A stretch of DNA of 64,000 nucleotides, taken from contig NC_068981.1 of NCBI RefSeq assembly GCF_001194135.2, forward strand, positions 172,327,564 through 172,391,563. Reading direction: 5' to 3'. Below, in pieces: positions 1 to 14,140 of the stretch; the first letter of the stretch is position 1; each line of letters begins with the position of its first letter. The notes under the pieces are model-generated. The model was given only the letters and a program-made list of their open reading frames with translations, made no database searches and was not told the origin of the DNA. A program made the translations under genes and the position numbers. The DNA is from Octopus bimaculoides. Taxonomy: Eukaryota.

Positions 1-2572
1 AATAATATAAAACATGGAAGAATAAAGAGATGTATTTTCAGCATGTAAGCAATGGTGATTACAGAAAAAGTGTAAAGAAAATAGAGAAATATTTTTCTCC
101 CTGGAGTACTTTTTTGGATAGGTGCCAAATATGACACCATTGACATACATAAATGAATCAGCTCATGAAAAAGCTGCCAATTCAAGATATGGGAGATATG
201 GAGTTGGTTGAAGATTAGTAAAAATGTTAGACATGACAGTAATCCAGTCATAATTTGTAGTCTTATGGCTGGTACAAATAAAAATGCTAGAATATTGGAC
301 CAAATATTTTGTGGTTTCTTTATTATTATTCCTTTAAATTTTGAGTTCAGGTTCCACTTGCTTCCACTTTTTTTCTCGTTCTTCCGAAGTCAATAATGTA
401 AATCTTGGCATTGTTAGAATTAACTATACCTTAAAAGATGTTGTAGAAGGTTTGCTACACTCCAATGTCTTGAAATCAGAAAAGGGAAATTAAGAACCAT
501 ACAGTCAGGGCATGGCCCCAGAAGATAATTGATTAAAACATAGTATAGACAGACATGCAGTTAATAGTCTAATCAATGCATCTTACTCATCTCAGAAGTA
601 CAGCCATTTAATTTTTTTTTTTAAACAGCAATCATGATACAACTACTTAGTTCCTTAGGCTTGGCATTAAAAAGAGCATCCAGCTGTAGAAACCATACCA
701 AAGCAGACACTGAAACACCATGCAATTGTTGGACCTGTCAGATCATGGAATTTAAATGATGATAATGGTGTAAATGATATTTAACTTATTCAAATTTGAA
801 GTGATTTTCAATATTTATAAAAATAACTGAGTTACTTAAACTAATCATCATTCTTCCCCCTCCCCCTCTCTCACCTTTGTTTCATGTATCCATGCAACCT
901 AAGTTGAAATTGTTTTACAGGCTCTTCTTAATGCCAAACCATGACCTTTAAACCAGAAGGTTACTCACATTTAGCTAGATTATTTGAAGAAAGTAGATTA
1001 ATGTTCCTTACTTAAGACAGCAATGTGAATTTTAATCTTTATATATCTGTCTCCATCAGATTATTCAGCACTTCAATCACATGGCAATTTTTATTTGGTT
1101 TCATAGCCCTTACACAGTAATGAATTTTCTAATTCAATCACCCACCTCAAATACTGAAATTTGATTCATATATGAATGCTGATTGCATTCAACAAATCTT
1201 TTTTCTACCATTCACTCCATATGTGAAAGATCTTGTCAATTCATATAAAAGTATATGCCATACACCAGATAATAATCCTTTATTTTTAAGTTATTTGTCA
1301 ACGTTCCCTATTGATATGTGGCATCATTGATACTATCATATTGTAAAGTTTTTGTGCTGCTTCTACAATAAATGAGTATGTTAATGGATTATGCAGTTGA
1401 GTTATAAGTATAATTCTCAGTTGGCTTCTTTTATATTTTGTCATTCTTCACAATCCCTTGTGATATTTTTTCAAGCAAGATGTTTTTCTCTATTGTGGCT
1501 GCAGAAGTAGAAGATTTCCAATATCATTGTGTTGTATGTAAAAGGAAATTTAATCACTTTTGCAATTCTATCTGAAAAGAAGGGGCATTCTCTTTATATC
1601 TCAGAGATCCCTTTTCAGCCAGAAGGGTTGGAAAATGTGTGAAACTGGTGCTTGAAGAATGTGAATACTATTTTATTGTAAACAAAACACAGGCAAGATA
1701 ACAGTTCTTTAAAATTAATAGCTTTGTCTTTTGTGTGAAGTTTAAGCAGAAAAGCTTGGGATAACTGGAAATATGTATGCAATGGGTGGCAAAATCTGAA
1801 GATCAGAATAAATTATAATAGCAATAGAAGGTGCAGCTTGCTTTTGGCCATGGACTGAAAGTTTTTCAATAAAAGAAATTTAACCTCTTTTCAAAGCACA
1901 CAAAAACATTAGTATACATTAGTATCTAAAATGTGCTTCTCCCTTGAATTATCAGGTCAACAATGACACCTGATGACAAATATTATGTGCTTGTCAGAGA
2001 ATTTTCTCAGGAGAATACAAAGGTGGTTCCCTCCCCTTCTCTCCTCATTGCTTCTTTCAGTTCTTTTTATTACTAGACACTATTTTATAAGCAATAGTTA
2101 ATTCTGCAGGAGAAGAGAGAGAGAAAGAGCGCGTTATCAATCCCAGTACTTGATTGGCTCTATTCATTGACCTCAAAATGCAAAGATTACTGTGATGGAA
2201 TTCATACTCAGAGAGCTACAATAAATACTGCAGGGCATTCTATCTGACATTGTAATAACTCAACCAAGTTACTGTTTTCTGTAAATTGTGCCATATAAGA
2301 AGTTGTAGCATAATTGATGTTAATTCTTGACAAGTTTTAGAATAGGAAATTTGTTAGAGAATTCACAGGCAATGTTGAGTCGCAGCATGTGTAATGATAA
2401 GTGATGAAGAAGTTTGTTGATGCAGAGGTGGGAGATGAACTTATGCAGTAATAAGATTTGCCTTTTGACCCTGTATGTTTGCAGGTTTTCAGATTTGAAA
2501 AGATCTAGTGAAAATGGAATATCAAGTACAAACTATTAAGATGAATAATATGCAGTATGTTTGAGTGAAAGG

Positions 2573-2574
<2 letters not shown>

Positions 2575-2630
<56 letters not shown>

Positions 2631-2636
2631 ACTCTC
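2575..2636. repeat. (TC)n microsatellite
   Basis: About 25 perfect TC units followed by TCACTC variants. Confidence 0.98.
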
Positions 2637-2644
2637 AGAAGAGG

Positions 2645-3000
2645 AGGGAATCATTTCAGTTGATGTTTAGTTTGAACCTCTGTAGGTCAATATCTGCAGA
2701 AAAAAATTAACAGGAAGACAAATCCTTGAAGGATATAAGCACTGGTAAAGAATGTTTAGACATAATACTGAGTGCAAGATCCTGGGGTGTTAGTGGAACT
2801 CAGTAGGAGTGATAAGCTGAGATTTATTAAGTGATCCTGTGCGATGGAGGTATGCATATTGTAGTAATATTCTAGTACAGAGGAAAAGAACAGGCTATTG
2901 CCATAGCATTAGAAGATGCAGCAGAAATAATAACGATATTTTTAGGTGAGTGGTTATAGCATGAGTTAATAGATCTTTGCTAATCTTCCAAATTAGCATT
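2645..3000 (-). mobile_element. Decayed 3' end of a CR1/Jockey-like LINE
   Basis: Minus-strand remnants read ...YYYN... and DIDLQRFKLNIN*, resembling the C-terminus of CR1-type ORF2 (recognised by eye); many stops and frameshifts. Confidence 0.4.
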
Positions 3001-3089
3001 TTTGAGATACAGTTCAAAATGTGGCTCTGTGTGTGAGCAGCATCCCAGTAATTACATTCATTTCCATCATGCTAGAAGTATAAATTATT

Positions 3090-3289
3090 CTTTTCTACTC
3101 TAGGTACAAAGCCCAAAATTTTGGGGGAGCGTACCTATCGATTAGATCGACCCCAGTATGCAACTGGTACTTAATTTATTGACCCCCACCCCAACCTTGG
3201 CGGAATTTGAACTCAGAACATGAAGACAGACGAAATATTGCTAAGCATTTTGCCCAGTGTGCTTAACGTTTCTGCCAGCTTGTCGCCTT
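3090..3289 (-). mobile_element. ~200-bp SINE (family B here) with a perfect 17-bp target-site duplication
   Basis: TAGAAGTATAAATTATT at 3073-3089 and 3290-3306. On the minus strand it has a B-box-like GAGTTCAAATTCC and a body homologous to the copies at 23210-23401 and 43779-43958. Confidence 0.9.
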
Positions 3290-3767
3290 TAGAAGTATAA
3301 ATTATTGTAATAGCTATGAGAATGAGCATACTGAATGAGCATCCATGATGTCCATAAAACCAGGGAAGTTGAAGAGTTTTGTAAGAATGTCTTATTGGCT
3401 GGTGAATTTGGTAGTGTTTGGTAGTGTTTTTGGTTATTTCAAAATTAATTGAACACACAAACTGTATATTTCTTTAGAAATATGGTTTTGAATGAGTTAA
3501 GTGCCACTTCAAAAAAGTGCTTATGAGAATCCAGTATCACTGGATAAAATTGTGAAAAGAATTTTAAAAAGATGTTAACAGTAACTATTCTTTTTAAGTA
3601 TTTCATTAATAAAAATCAGCCTCATTTTACATTTTCATAAATTGAAAATCCTTTTGGTTTTGGGTTTTTTTTAAAGTATTTTCCTATTTAATTAAGCATT
3701 AAAATGTTTAAGATTCATTTCTCTCTTTTACTTTTTATTTCATGCTTTTTTAAATTTTATTTTTTAG

Positions 3768-3892
3768 TCTGCGGTGATATTCATGGACAGTTTTATGACT
3801 TAATGAAGTTATTTGAAGTTGGAGGACCACCAGCTACAACGCGTTACCTCTTTTTAGGAGACTATGTTGACAGAGGATATTTTAGCATAGAG
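3768..3892 (+). CDS. PPP3CA: Calcineurin A exon (human exon 3 equivalent), 125 nt: (V)[41 protein letters not shown]
   Basis: Acceptor tttttag at 3761-3767, donor GTATGT at 3893; PPP-family motifs GDIHG and GDYVDRG. Confidence 0.97.
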
Positions 3893-4142
3893 GTATGTCT
3901 CACCTTATTTTTATTGTGTAATCAAATTAATCAATAACATACAACTTTTTGTTTTACTTACATAATTTTAGTAAATGTATTCTCAACAGAATGCCAACTT
4001 GTTTTACTTAATGCCAGTTGTTCAACTATTTATTTTGCAGCAGTTTTTTTTTAATATCTATTTTATAAAATAAGAAAATTTATAGTATTTTGTGAAGTAT
4101 GTCTGCATTTAAAAAATGATTTTTTTCATATGAAATGTTTAC

Positions 4143-4400
4143 CATCATCATTTTACAACCAATTTTCTTGCTCACTTGGATTAGACAGGTTGTCATGACT
4201 CTAATCGGTTCTTATTTGAAGTTACTGCACTTCTAGATAGGTTGAAGACTATGCCTTGCTCATAAGTTCCATTTTGGCATGGTCTCTACAACTGGATGCT
4301 CTTCTTAACACCAGTCACTCTACAGAGGGCATTGGATGAATGTTATAACAACATCACTAGAGAGGTTGTCTTGTCCTTGCAATATTAAAGACACCTCTCA
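4143..4400 (-). mobile_element. Degenerate repeat with (GAT)n RTE-type tail (family C here)
   Basis: catcatcatttta... tail and ttttggcatggtctctacaactggatgctcttc body shared with 38172-38345 and 41369-41725. Confidence 0.6.
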
Positions 4401-4989
4401 ACTGTACATTGTTGCAATTTATTTGCCAACAATTTGCACCAGTACTACTGAGGTTACTTTGTACTGTGCAAGACTAAAATATCCTCACTACTCTATGTTA
4501 TCTCTGTTTGTTCATGGCAATTAACTAAGAGTGTGCTGAGAGAAAAGGAACTAGAGTAAGACAATGAAAGAGGAAAGAGTATAATATGAGAAGCAGTGTT
4601 TGGAGCAAGGTGGTAAAGGAGGAAGTAATAAAAGAGAGAGATGGTGATGACAGCTATATGATTCTTGCTAAGAGAGAGAGAGAGAGAGAGACAGAGACGA
4701 TTGTTGGATAATAATAGCGATGAGCAATGGCAAAAGAGAGTGATGGTTAGCAGTACATAAGGGTGATGTAGGGTGTATGGATAGATCTGATGCAATCCCT
4801 TATTACACAGGTGTCATGATGGGAGAGTAGTCATAAAGATGGCTGGAGAGAGGGAATTGAATAAGGATAGGTCCAATGCCATCCTTTATTCTACAGACTA
4901 TATATTACAGTGAATAGAAGGGAGGTTGAGTGTTATATTAAAGATTATCAAAGAGAAAGGTAGTACATAGCGACTTAACAGGAATATAA

Positions 4990-5218
4990 TGGGTGAAAGA
5001 GCTAAATGTAAATATATTAGACTTCCTGTCTTTCACCTCTTTGCATTCTGAGGTCAAATCTCACTGGGGTCAACTTTGCCTTTCATCCCTCTGGGGTAAA
5101 TAAATACTTGTCAGATATTAGGTCAGTGGTATCAGCTAACCCTATTCCTTTCAAATTTGTTGGCCTAGTGCCTAAATCAGAAATGATTATTGTCATCATT
5201 ATTATCATCATCGTCATA
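4990..5218 (+). mobile_element. Degenerate family B SINE
   Basis: ggtcaactttgcctttcatcc core and ggcctagtgcctaaatcagaaa 3' end match family B. Confidence 0.65.
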
Positions 5219-5479
5219 GTTAGATATATTAAACACTGAACAAATTTTGGAACTAAACACCTATATTAAAAACAGAAAATGGAATCAATAGATGAGATTT
5301 GGCTACAGTAAAGCTGAAGTCCAGTTCTCTCTTGTTTTGATGAAAACATGTTATAGAGTAAAGTGATGAAAATTACAGGAGGCCCCACAATACGCATGAA
5401 TTATTAATTTCTATACATTTGTATTGTTGCAGTTAGCACTATACCATTTAATGTCAGCTTTAGGCAAACATATACTTAT

Positions 5480-5808
5480 TGTTTGTACATGGATTTGTAT
5501 TCATATACATTTATACTTCAGTGTATGCATAGAACCATACATATATGCATACATACTAACATACATATATGGACACAAACACATTCTAGTATGCCCACAT
5601 ACTATCATTTCTGTGCATTTATATCAAGAACTCATACACGAATTCATACTAACATGGAAACTATTCACATGTATACACCTAGTCACATTCATTTTTATGC
5701 ATGCATGCCCTTAAGTATGAATACAAGCAGTTATACATACTAAAACATACACACATGCATACACGCACTTCAATCTAGGCATGTTCATGATCTGAATGTG
5801 TGTGTGTG

Positions 5809-5842
<34 letters not shown>

Positions 5843-5951
5843 ATACACACACACACATACACAGATATATGTATATTTAAATAAGCATTCTGTTTGCATA
5901 CAACTCCTCTCTAACCACGCAGATGAAGGGTTCTGCTACTTACATGTACAT

Positions 5952-5990
<39 letters not shown>
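5480..5990. repeat. Low-complexity purine-pyrimidine alternating region with compound (TG)n(TC)n(CA)n and (CA)n microsatellites
   Basis: Degenerate CATA/TACA units from about 5480, then clean microsatellites at 5797-5860 and 5953-5990. Confidence 0.85.
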
Positions 5991-5991
<1 letters not shown>

Positions 5992-7956
5992 TTCTGAAGC
6001 AATAAACAAACAGTAATCCAGTTCTTTTATTGTCCTTATGGGAAGCAGCCAGTAGGTGTGTAATCTGATATATAAAAGCTGTTGAAAGTTAGAGTAATAG
6101 TTTTTAAGTAAAGGAATACTAGCTATATATTTAAGGTACTATGAAGGATTCTTATTTTGGTAAAAGTGTCAGAGACACCCTACTATCAAGCCCTACTATT
6201 CCATATATTACATATGGGTACGAATGAGTGTGTGTGTGCTGATAGATAGATAGTCTTTTAATTACTACCACTGTTAAAAAACATTTTGTGTAGGTGTTTT
6301 GGCATGAAACCTCAAATTTATAGGCAAGAGAAATTTGGTATGTGTGACATCTATACTTTTCCTGGTGGCTTTAGTGATGCAAGAAATTCTGTTGCATGTA
6401 TTTGGTGCAGTTAGTCTAGCTCATTCTTTGCTCACACTTTTTTTTTTTCAGCAGATATTGATTTGCTAAAATTCGTCGTATCAGCCTCACCTATCTAGGA
6501 AAGCATGCAGTAGTGATGATCACTGTCCCTCTTTTGCTGACTAAGAAAAAAAAAATTAAATATACCCAGTTTTACTTCACTATTACATCCACTGTTTGTG
6601 TATATATGAGAAAAATATTAAGCTAGTAGAGTATCAGATAGGATACAATACTTGTATTCTGATTTCAGATGCCACCAATCAGTAAGATAAGTAGTACTAG
6701 TCTTGTATAAGTACTTGTTTCTTGTAAATTTGTTATGAAAGAGCTGGCAGCTAGTTTATCTAAAACTTTATCAACCACAGTTGATACTTGAATGTATTTT
6801 ATTATTAATCACACCTGATTTTGTTGACATTTTCAAGTTTTAAGTTCTTTCACCTTGAGATATATGATAGATGATACATCATTACCAATTTTTATCTATT
6901 TTATTCCCAAATCATATTTTGAAGTGCTTTCTTTTGACTTTGTAGATAAGGTGCCAAAGTTCTGACTGATGGATAGCATACTGAACTCTTAATTTTATTA
7001 TCTTAACGTTTAATTTCAGTAGTTTTTCAATCAGGTTGTTGCAAAACACTTGAATCACAAATTATAGTACTGCAAGATATTCCTCAGACAATTATATGGT
7101 TTAAATTTTTAAAGGTATTTTGCTATTACCATAATTATCTGTTATCTCTAAAGTCGTTTAATGATTTTACTGACTTTTTTTAAGTGTTGAAAATCACTGC
7201 ATTATTGGAAATTGGATAGATATATCTAACCTGAATATCTAAACCTGAATATCTAAGTTCTGTGTTGGCTATTGTTGTGCACTATCAAGTAAGGCACATT
7301 ATTTACCTCAGTTAACGTAGCTATAAAAAACAAGCAGCCATTTCCACTTTAGACTGAGTCATTAAATCACTTGTCATGATGCTTCTAATCATTATAGCAG
7401 GTCCTCTCTTAATGTTTGATTATTTATTGAGAAGTGTGACTTTAAGTGCTATGGCATAAAGCAAAACCACTTTTATTATTCATACTTATTTTATGATTTA
7501 AGTATTGTCATACCTTAAAGGAGATATACATCTCCACAAAATAGATAGTAGACATGGTGTATCTAAGTGTCAACTGTGAAATAAAAGAAGTTAGATGATT
7601 GTTATCATTATTCATCATTGTTTATATGCTTGTAATTGTTTATATACTTTTAAAATGATCCAAAGATCGTTCTATTACATAATTGCTTATTAAGCCATGG
7701 TCTACAAAAGTGGAGAATCCAGAATCCAGGTCACCTCTAATCATAAGCTTGCCTGTAGCACTTGCTGAATGCTTTCATGCTACATTGTTTATTGTGGTGT
7801 ATTTATAGGATTATCATACAATTTACAATTTTTTGTTTTAGTGTTTAGTTTTATTTTATTTCTCATCAACATTATGATGATGATGTCTTAACAAAACATT
7901 ACATGAAAACCTACTGTATTTATATTTGGTTACCTTTCTGTCATACTGGTTTGAAA

Positions 7957-7959
<3 letters not shown>

Positions 7960-7997
<38 letters not shown>

Positions 7998-8020
7998 GTA
8001 TATATATATATGTATATATG
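7960..8020. repeat. (TA)n microsatellite
   Basis: Direct reading. Confidence 0.98.
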
Positions 8021-8392
8021 TAAACATTAAAAGCAAAACTTATGTGTGCATGTGTTTGTGTGTGTATTCTCACTTAAAAAGTGTTTTAAAATTTTTACAA
8101 TAAATATTTTAATTAAGATATACGTTTATGTAACCTTTAAAACTATTAAATTGGTATATAAGAAACTTGATAATTGTTTGTAAACCTGTCTTGATTAGTT
8201 GTTAGACATTGTGACTTGTAGCATAATCTTGTTCTATAATAACTGCCATTTCATGTTATTTGAACATTCATTATGCCTAGAGGAATGCATTATATCGTTA
8301 TATCTCATTTTCATTAGTAGTCTTTTTTGCCTTTACTCTGAGTTCTGACTGCAATTAAGTGAAGTCAAAGAAGGGTTAAATTTATTTTATCA

Positions 8393-8600
8393 TTGTTGTT
8401 TAACCCTAGGTCATTCCTGATTAAATCAAGAGCATTCCAGATTTAGGTATCATGTCTTTCTTGGTGAAGGGGATAAGGCATATGGGACTAGATTAGCTAA
8501 AGTTCCTTTTTTTGTAAGACAAGATTGTTATGATCTCATGAAAATTTGGCTGCTGTTTCTCACTGGTTGAGCAACCATGTAGAGGTTTCCTGATGCTGTT
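8393..8600 (-). mobile_element. Dispersed repeat (family D here), minus copy
   Basis: Reverse complement of the ...ggaatgcctttgatcataggtc...ggggctaaacaacaac motif seen at 18470-18545, 21700-21770, 36470-36530 and 46375-46440. Confidence 0.6.
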
Positions 8601-10129
8601 GCCAAGAATGTAGCACAGGTGAACCCAAAGACAGTCTTTGATGACATGATAACATTAATGATAATAAAATTCTCTTCAAGCAGTTATCAATGGCCACATT
8701 CTCCCTGGAGCTTTCAAATCTGAGCCAATTCATGTTGAAGCCATTCTACCACATAAACTTGAGTTGTAACATTGAACTTTTATTGGGGAAACCACAACAA
8801 CACAATAAAATGTCATTACATGGCCATGTCATTATAGGTATGAGTATGTGAAGGAAAGAAATTAGATAATGAAAGCTATGGGAAAGCATGTCTAATTAAT
8901 ATACTAATTGATTAATATAAAGAGGCAAATGGATATCTTCTTCAGTAGAGTGATTAAAATCATGCCATGATGTGAGAAAAGCAATAGAAACTAAGGTATC
9001 AGACTATTGACACACTCATTTGAGCCATAGTGTTAGTTTTCTAATTTCTTTCATCAAGTAGGTTTGATAAGAAGTGCCATACCTAGCGGAAGAGCATATA
9101 GTGCATTTTAAAGTCACTCATACCCTCATTCACTCATTGCTCATTTGATAAAAAGATAACATTCATGAGCTAAAAATAATGTTTCTCCTTTGTATAAAAA
9201 TCAAATGTTCCTTCCTAGAATAAAGCTTCTTGAAATTTAAAGCTAGGCTCAACAAATTTCATATTGTCATTTTAAAATTTCTACTCAAAATTACATTTAA
9301 AAAAAAAAAGATATTGTGTGTGTGAATTAACATAAATTAACAACCTGTAACAACCTGCAGCTGTTATTTGACTACAATATAAAAATTCAACAGTAACACT
9401 GGATTTAATTTGGCACACCTTCAAAGATAATATATGTTGTTTTTGCCTCCTCAGCACTTCGTAGTTCTCAGTTTTGTGATAGCTTTAATCTCATTTGTTA
9501 GTGTAGTGATCTGAATTTTTTTTAATAAACTTACTGAATGTATAGTATACTAAAAGGCTTTCATTGAATATTTATTTGATTTTAATTATTTGCTTTTAGC
9601 GGTGCTCCAGCATGATCACAGCTTTGAAGCTGAAACGATTTAAAGATATAAAGATTTAACTGGAACTAATCAAATGATAACATACTTACTGGTAATAAAG
9701 TTAAAAATTGAAGAATATAAACTTTTGATTACTGTTTCAGTAATCATATTTGTGTTGAACAAAATTATGATTATACATTTCTTGAGATATTCAGGCTTTA
9801 GTATGGATTTTCTAAAGCCTTGAATTATAGTTTTAAAAATTCATGGCATGCAACACACCTTTTCAGAACCACTAAATTAAAGTGATAGTTTATTGACCAC
9901 ATGACCTTGTTACAGTTATTCAATTATGGCCATTAACAATACATATATCTTTTCTTACTTCAATTTGTCTCTAGACAACACATTCAACTCTAGCTTCTCA
10001 GTTAAGTGAATAGCAGTATGATCACTATCCAGTTGTAAAAACAATTCTCATACATTCAAATTTGTGAGAAATATGTCAACCATTGTTGCAGTGAAAAAGA
10101 GGATGATACAGCTCAGGAAATACATCTGA

Positions 10130-10720
10130 TCTTCTTCGCTATACTGTAGTCCTTAAAAACAAATTCGTACCTGGAGCTTAGTAGCCAAAATCTTTAATCA
10201 GACAAACTCTCAGTATTTCATGGAAACAAAGCTTACTTGCATACTTGGTGACTTGCAGGATGAAAAAGCTTTGTTTTGTGATCTGTGAACTGGATGCATT
10301 GCAGCTTCTTAAAGAACTTATATTTATACGCCTCAATTTTTCACGTTTGTAAGCTTACAAGTTGAGGTTTGTAGGAAAACTTATGGAACTGCTTTTCCAT
10401 ATGATGCTCAGTTTTATCAAGGCAGATAAGACCAGGCTGAGTCTTACTTCTATCTCTTTTATTGAGCTGCCATCTTTGTTTCAAATTGACCTGAAATATT
10501 AAGATTGTCTGCTTCTTCAAGTCTTTGTCCATTTTGCATAATGTTGGTTGCTAAGTCCTGGTTGTGGCTGTTGGTCAGAACTTGGCTCTTTTCTGAACTG
10601 GTCTCTATTCAATATACTCCTTATACTTTTTCCAGTGTTTAGTGGTGATTTCCTAGTATTCCGCTTCACTACCTCTCATTAAGTCAATGCCAAAGGGCAT
10701 TTTGAGATGTGATAGTCCTT
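10130..10720 (-). mobile_element. RTE-clade LINE reverse transcriptase C-terminal fragment (decayed)
   Basis: With frameshifts the minus strand reads IDLMRGSEAE...NGQRLEEAD...KDGSSIKEIEVRLSLVLSALIKLSIIWKSSSISFP...KIEAYKYKFFKKLQCIQFTDHKTK, matching the RTE ORF post-YADD region as I recall it. Confidence 0.75.
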
Positions 10721-11924
10721 GATGGGAGAATTCATCATCATAGTGTTTATAACTTATTGTTGTTCTAACTCGGCTCTGTAGAATTGTGTAACATTTTAAG
10801 ATGTTACAGATATCTGCTAAATTATCTATCTAATTGTTCCATATTAGTCTTTGTATCTTCTCCCAGTCAAACAGTTATGTAAAATAAATAATTTATCATT
10901 TCAGTGTACAGAGGAAGTTGTATAATTACTTAAAAATAGTATCATAGCTGTTTACTCTAGTTTGGTTAATTACTTAGTAATGAACTTGGTTAAATAGTAG
11001 GAAATGCCATTTCAGTATTACCTTTCTATTTGTCTCTCATCTTTCAAAAGCTAATTTAAGGTGGCTACTGTATACTGTATATGTTTGGGTTAAAAAGTAA
11101 CATATTGTCTTTAATCCCTAATTTAATGTGTGTGTGTCTGTATGTATGCATGTATGATTGAATGACTGATTATCTACTAATTTATTACTTTTCATCACCA
11201 CATTTTTTTTGTAGATAGAACTGTGTTGTTCTATAAGAAACTTAACCAAGATAGAGAAATTTTAAGTTAACCTAATCTCAGAAATTCTTTGTTCTGCCAA
11301 CCTATTGATATGTTGCTTTTTTTTTATGAGTGCATACAACATTAAATTTCTTAACTAAAGATACAATGCTTTTAGCTGGTTATGAGGCTAGGAACCAAGA
11401 ATGTTATACTTTCTCTATTCAGCTATTATACTTGTGGGTATATATTATTTCATGCATATCATAAATATATGTGTATTTCATATGACTTTCTTTTCACTTG
11501 AAGCAATTCATCTGTTCATAGATGTATGTTTTAAGTTATGTCTCTTTAATTTCTGATATATGAATGTAAATTCTTACATCTCAGTTGAGGTATTCAAGAG
11601 ACTTACCTGAACATCATTTATACATAGTTTAACTCTTTCAATGAATGACAAGCATCTAACCAACTAAAATTCATAGGAGAAATTGTAGCTTCTTTTGTCA
11701 ATAAATGTTTTCTTTTTTAACACACATTATTATATCAATATGATAATTTTTTAATTACAGTTTAATATTATAATCTACTTTGTATTCACTAAAGTGTTCT
11801 ATATTATATCATATATTGCAACTTCCAAAGATTTTAAAATGGTGAAGCCAATAGCAAAATTGTACTGTTCTGTTTACTTTCAGTCTCTCCTAAACTACAA
11901 AAATTATCTAATTTTTTCTCCAGT

Positions 11925-12047
<123 letters not shown>

Positions 12048-12537
12048 CCTCCCTCAAAAATAAGAAGTTCAACTTTGCTAATTTAGCAAAGTTGAACTGT
12101 ATTGTTAACTAGTCATTGCCTTAATTCTATTAACCCCTCTACTTAGACCAATGCTCATTTTATCTATCTGTTTATTAAATCGATAAGTTGACCTCGTTTT
12201 AAATTTATCTCCTTTTAGTGACATATCTTCAAAGAAATAACAGGTTAGCAATTACTGAATCCAGCATTTTGCTATTTCACAGTAGTCTAAACTAGTATGA
12301 GTTCTGCTACAGCTTCAACAAATCAAGAAAACAACTGTAGAAATGTCAAGTGATGTAATGAACTGAGCTGCTAAACTAAGAAAGTACTTCTGTAAACTAA
12401 ACATAGTAAATGCTATATACATCAAGAAAGTATGTGAAGTTAATTTGGGGTGGGGGGTTGTTTAGATCAGTCTTTGCATAGTAATCTATCCAAGAAAGAT
12501 ATTTCAAACTTTTCTGGTTTAATCATATGCATTGAAA

Positions 12538-12872
12538 TCATCATCATACATTCACTTTTCATACTTGCATAGGTTGGACAAAATTTGTTGAGGCAGATTT
12601 TCCACAGCCAGATGCCATTCTTGTTGCCAACCCTCACCTGTTTCCAAGCAAGCTATTATTTCCCCATGGCCAACATGTTTCACAGAAGACTCGAAATGAA
12701 AGACACTGCTTCCATGATGGTGACATTCATTTACAACTGTCATGTGATGTCAAGGCAAGGAAACAATAACACACACACATACTCACTCACTCCACTCACA
12801 AGGTTTTAGTCTGCTCAGGGATAGAGTAGAGGATATTTGCCCAAGGTGCCATGCAGTGGGACTAAACCTGGA
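12538..12872 (-). mobile_element. SINE (family C): family-A-like head joined to an RTE-type (GAT)n tail
   Basis: Head gcccaaggtgccatgcagtgggact shared with family A; tail tcatcatcatacattcacttttcatacttgcatagg shared with the RTE 3' end at 36934. Confidence 0.75.
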
Positions 12873-13931
12873 GAAAATTGAAAGTTATGAAGTAAAAGAT
12901 TTTGGCTACAGTTTGAGAAGCAATAGGTCACATGCTTATTTGCCAACCTATGTTCATTGAATACAACTTGAAGGTGATCAAAACATCCTAACAGTTCTTA
13001 ATGACCTCATTCTAAAAATATCCAATGAGTTTGCTGCTTGTATTTCTCATCTTCTAAGTACATAAAATAAGCCAAGGAAGTTTTAGTGGATTAGTGAACG
13101 TTGTGTCCAGTAAATCTTATGATCTAGGTTAACAGCAATAATATTTTTTTATTGAGAATAAAATTGGACAGTTCTAACTATATGGAGACTTAGAATTAAA
13201 CTTTGTACTTGGTTGAGAGATGTTTCATTGAGATATTACTCCTTCTGTCATATTTGACTGACAATTGAGATGGCTCCTCATCTTTTTATATCTAAAAGAA
13301 TCCATATTTTAGAATTTCTATGTGTATTCTTTATGTGTTTGTGCTTATAAATATATATATAATGGTTGTGTGACAATGGAATTTGTTTTGTAACCAAATG
13401 GTTTTTCACAAGTGCGTCCTTGGGCCAACCACTGCTTTGTGAGTGAAATTGGTAGGCAAAAACCTTATGAAAGCCCATCATATGTATATATATATATGTA
13501 TAAAGTATGGAGGTTTTGTTCACAGGTGATCTAAACGATTAGGTACGCTAATAAGTGCTGTAACAAATTACTAGGGCTCCAAGACGGTAGTTATGAAGCC
13601 ATTGCAGATTTCTGATGTGAGATTTGAATATGCTTGAATGAAAGCTTATATTGTATGTCTTTGCATGACACTATTTGAACAAAACAATATCATGCTTACA
13701 TTTCCTAATAACAATACGTCCTGCACTTTCAAAGACCATTGGATTAAAAACCAGGTACCTTGAGACTAACTTATACCTTGAAAAACAGCTAAAGGTTACT
13801 GATAAAAGCATAGTGCTTCCATAAGCCTCTATCCAACCCAATCCAGCATGAAAAAAGAAAGAAAATTAAATGAAAATAACGTTTGTTTGTTTGTTTGTTT
13901 GTGTGAAAATATTGTATGCATATATATATAT

Positions 13932-14105
13932 GCTGCTGTTTAGTCCCAAGTCATCTCTGATAAAGCAGACCAGTCATCAAAGGCTTTCAAGACCTGATGA
14001 TCTGACATTTTGGGGAGTTTCCAGGAATGCATTATCTAAGGTATTCTTCCTTTTTTTCAGATGGTACGGTGAAATTAGAGGGAAGTTTGACAGCTATTTG
14101 TAGCA
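13932..14105 (-). mobile_element. Family D repeat, minus copy
   Basis: gctgtttagtcccaagtcatctctgataaagcagaccagtcatcaaagg is the reverse complement of the family D 3' motif. Confidence 0.6.
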
Positions 14106-14140
14106 TATGTTCATGAATGTTTGTGTGTGTGTGTGTGTAC

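Noticed and set aside
901-1010. ttttacag acceptor considered as the missing exon 2
   Set aside because: All three frames close within a few codons and show no calcineurin similarity.
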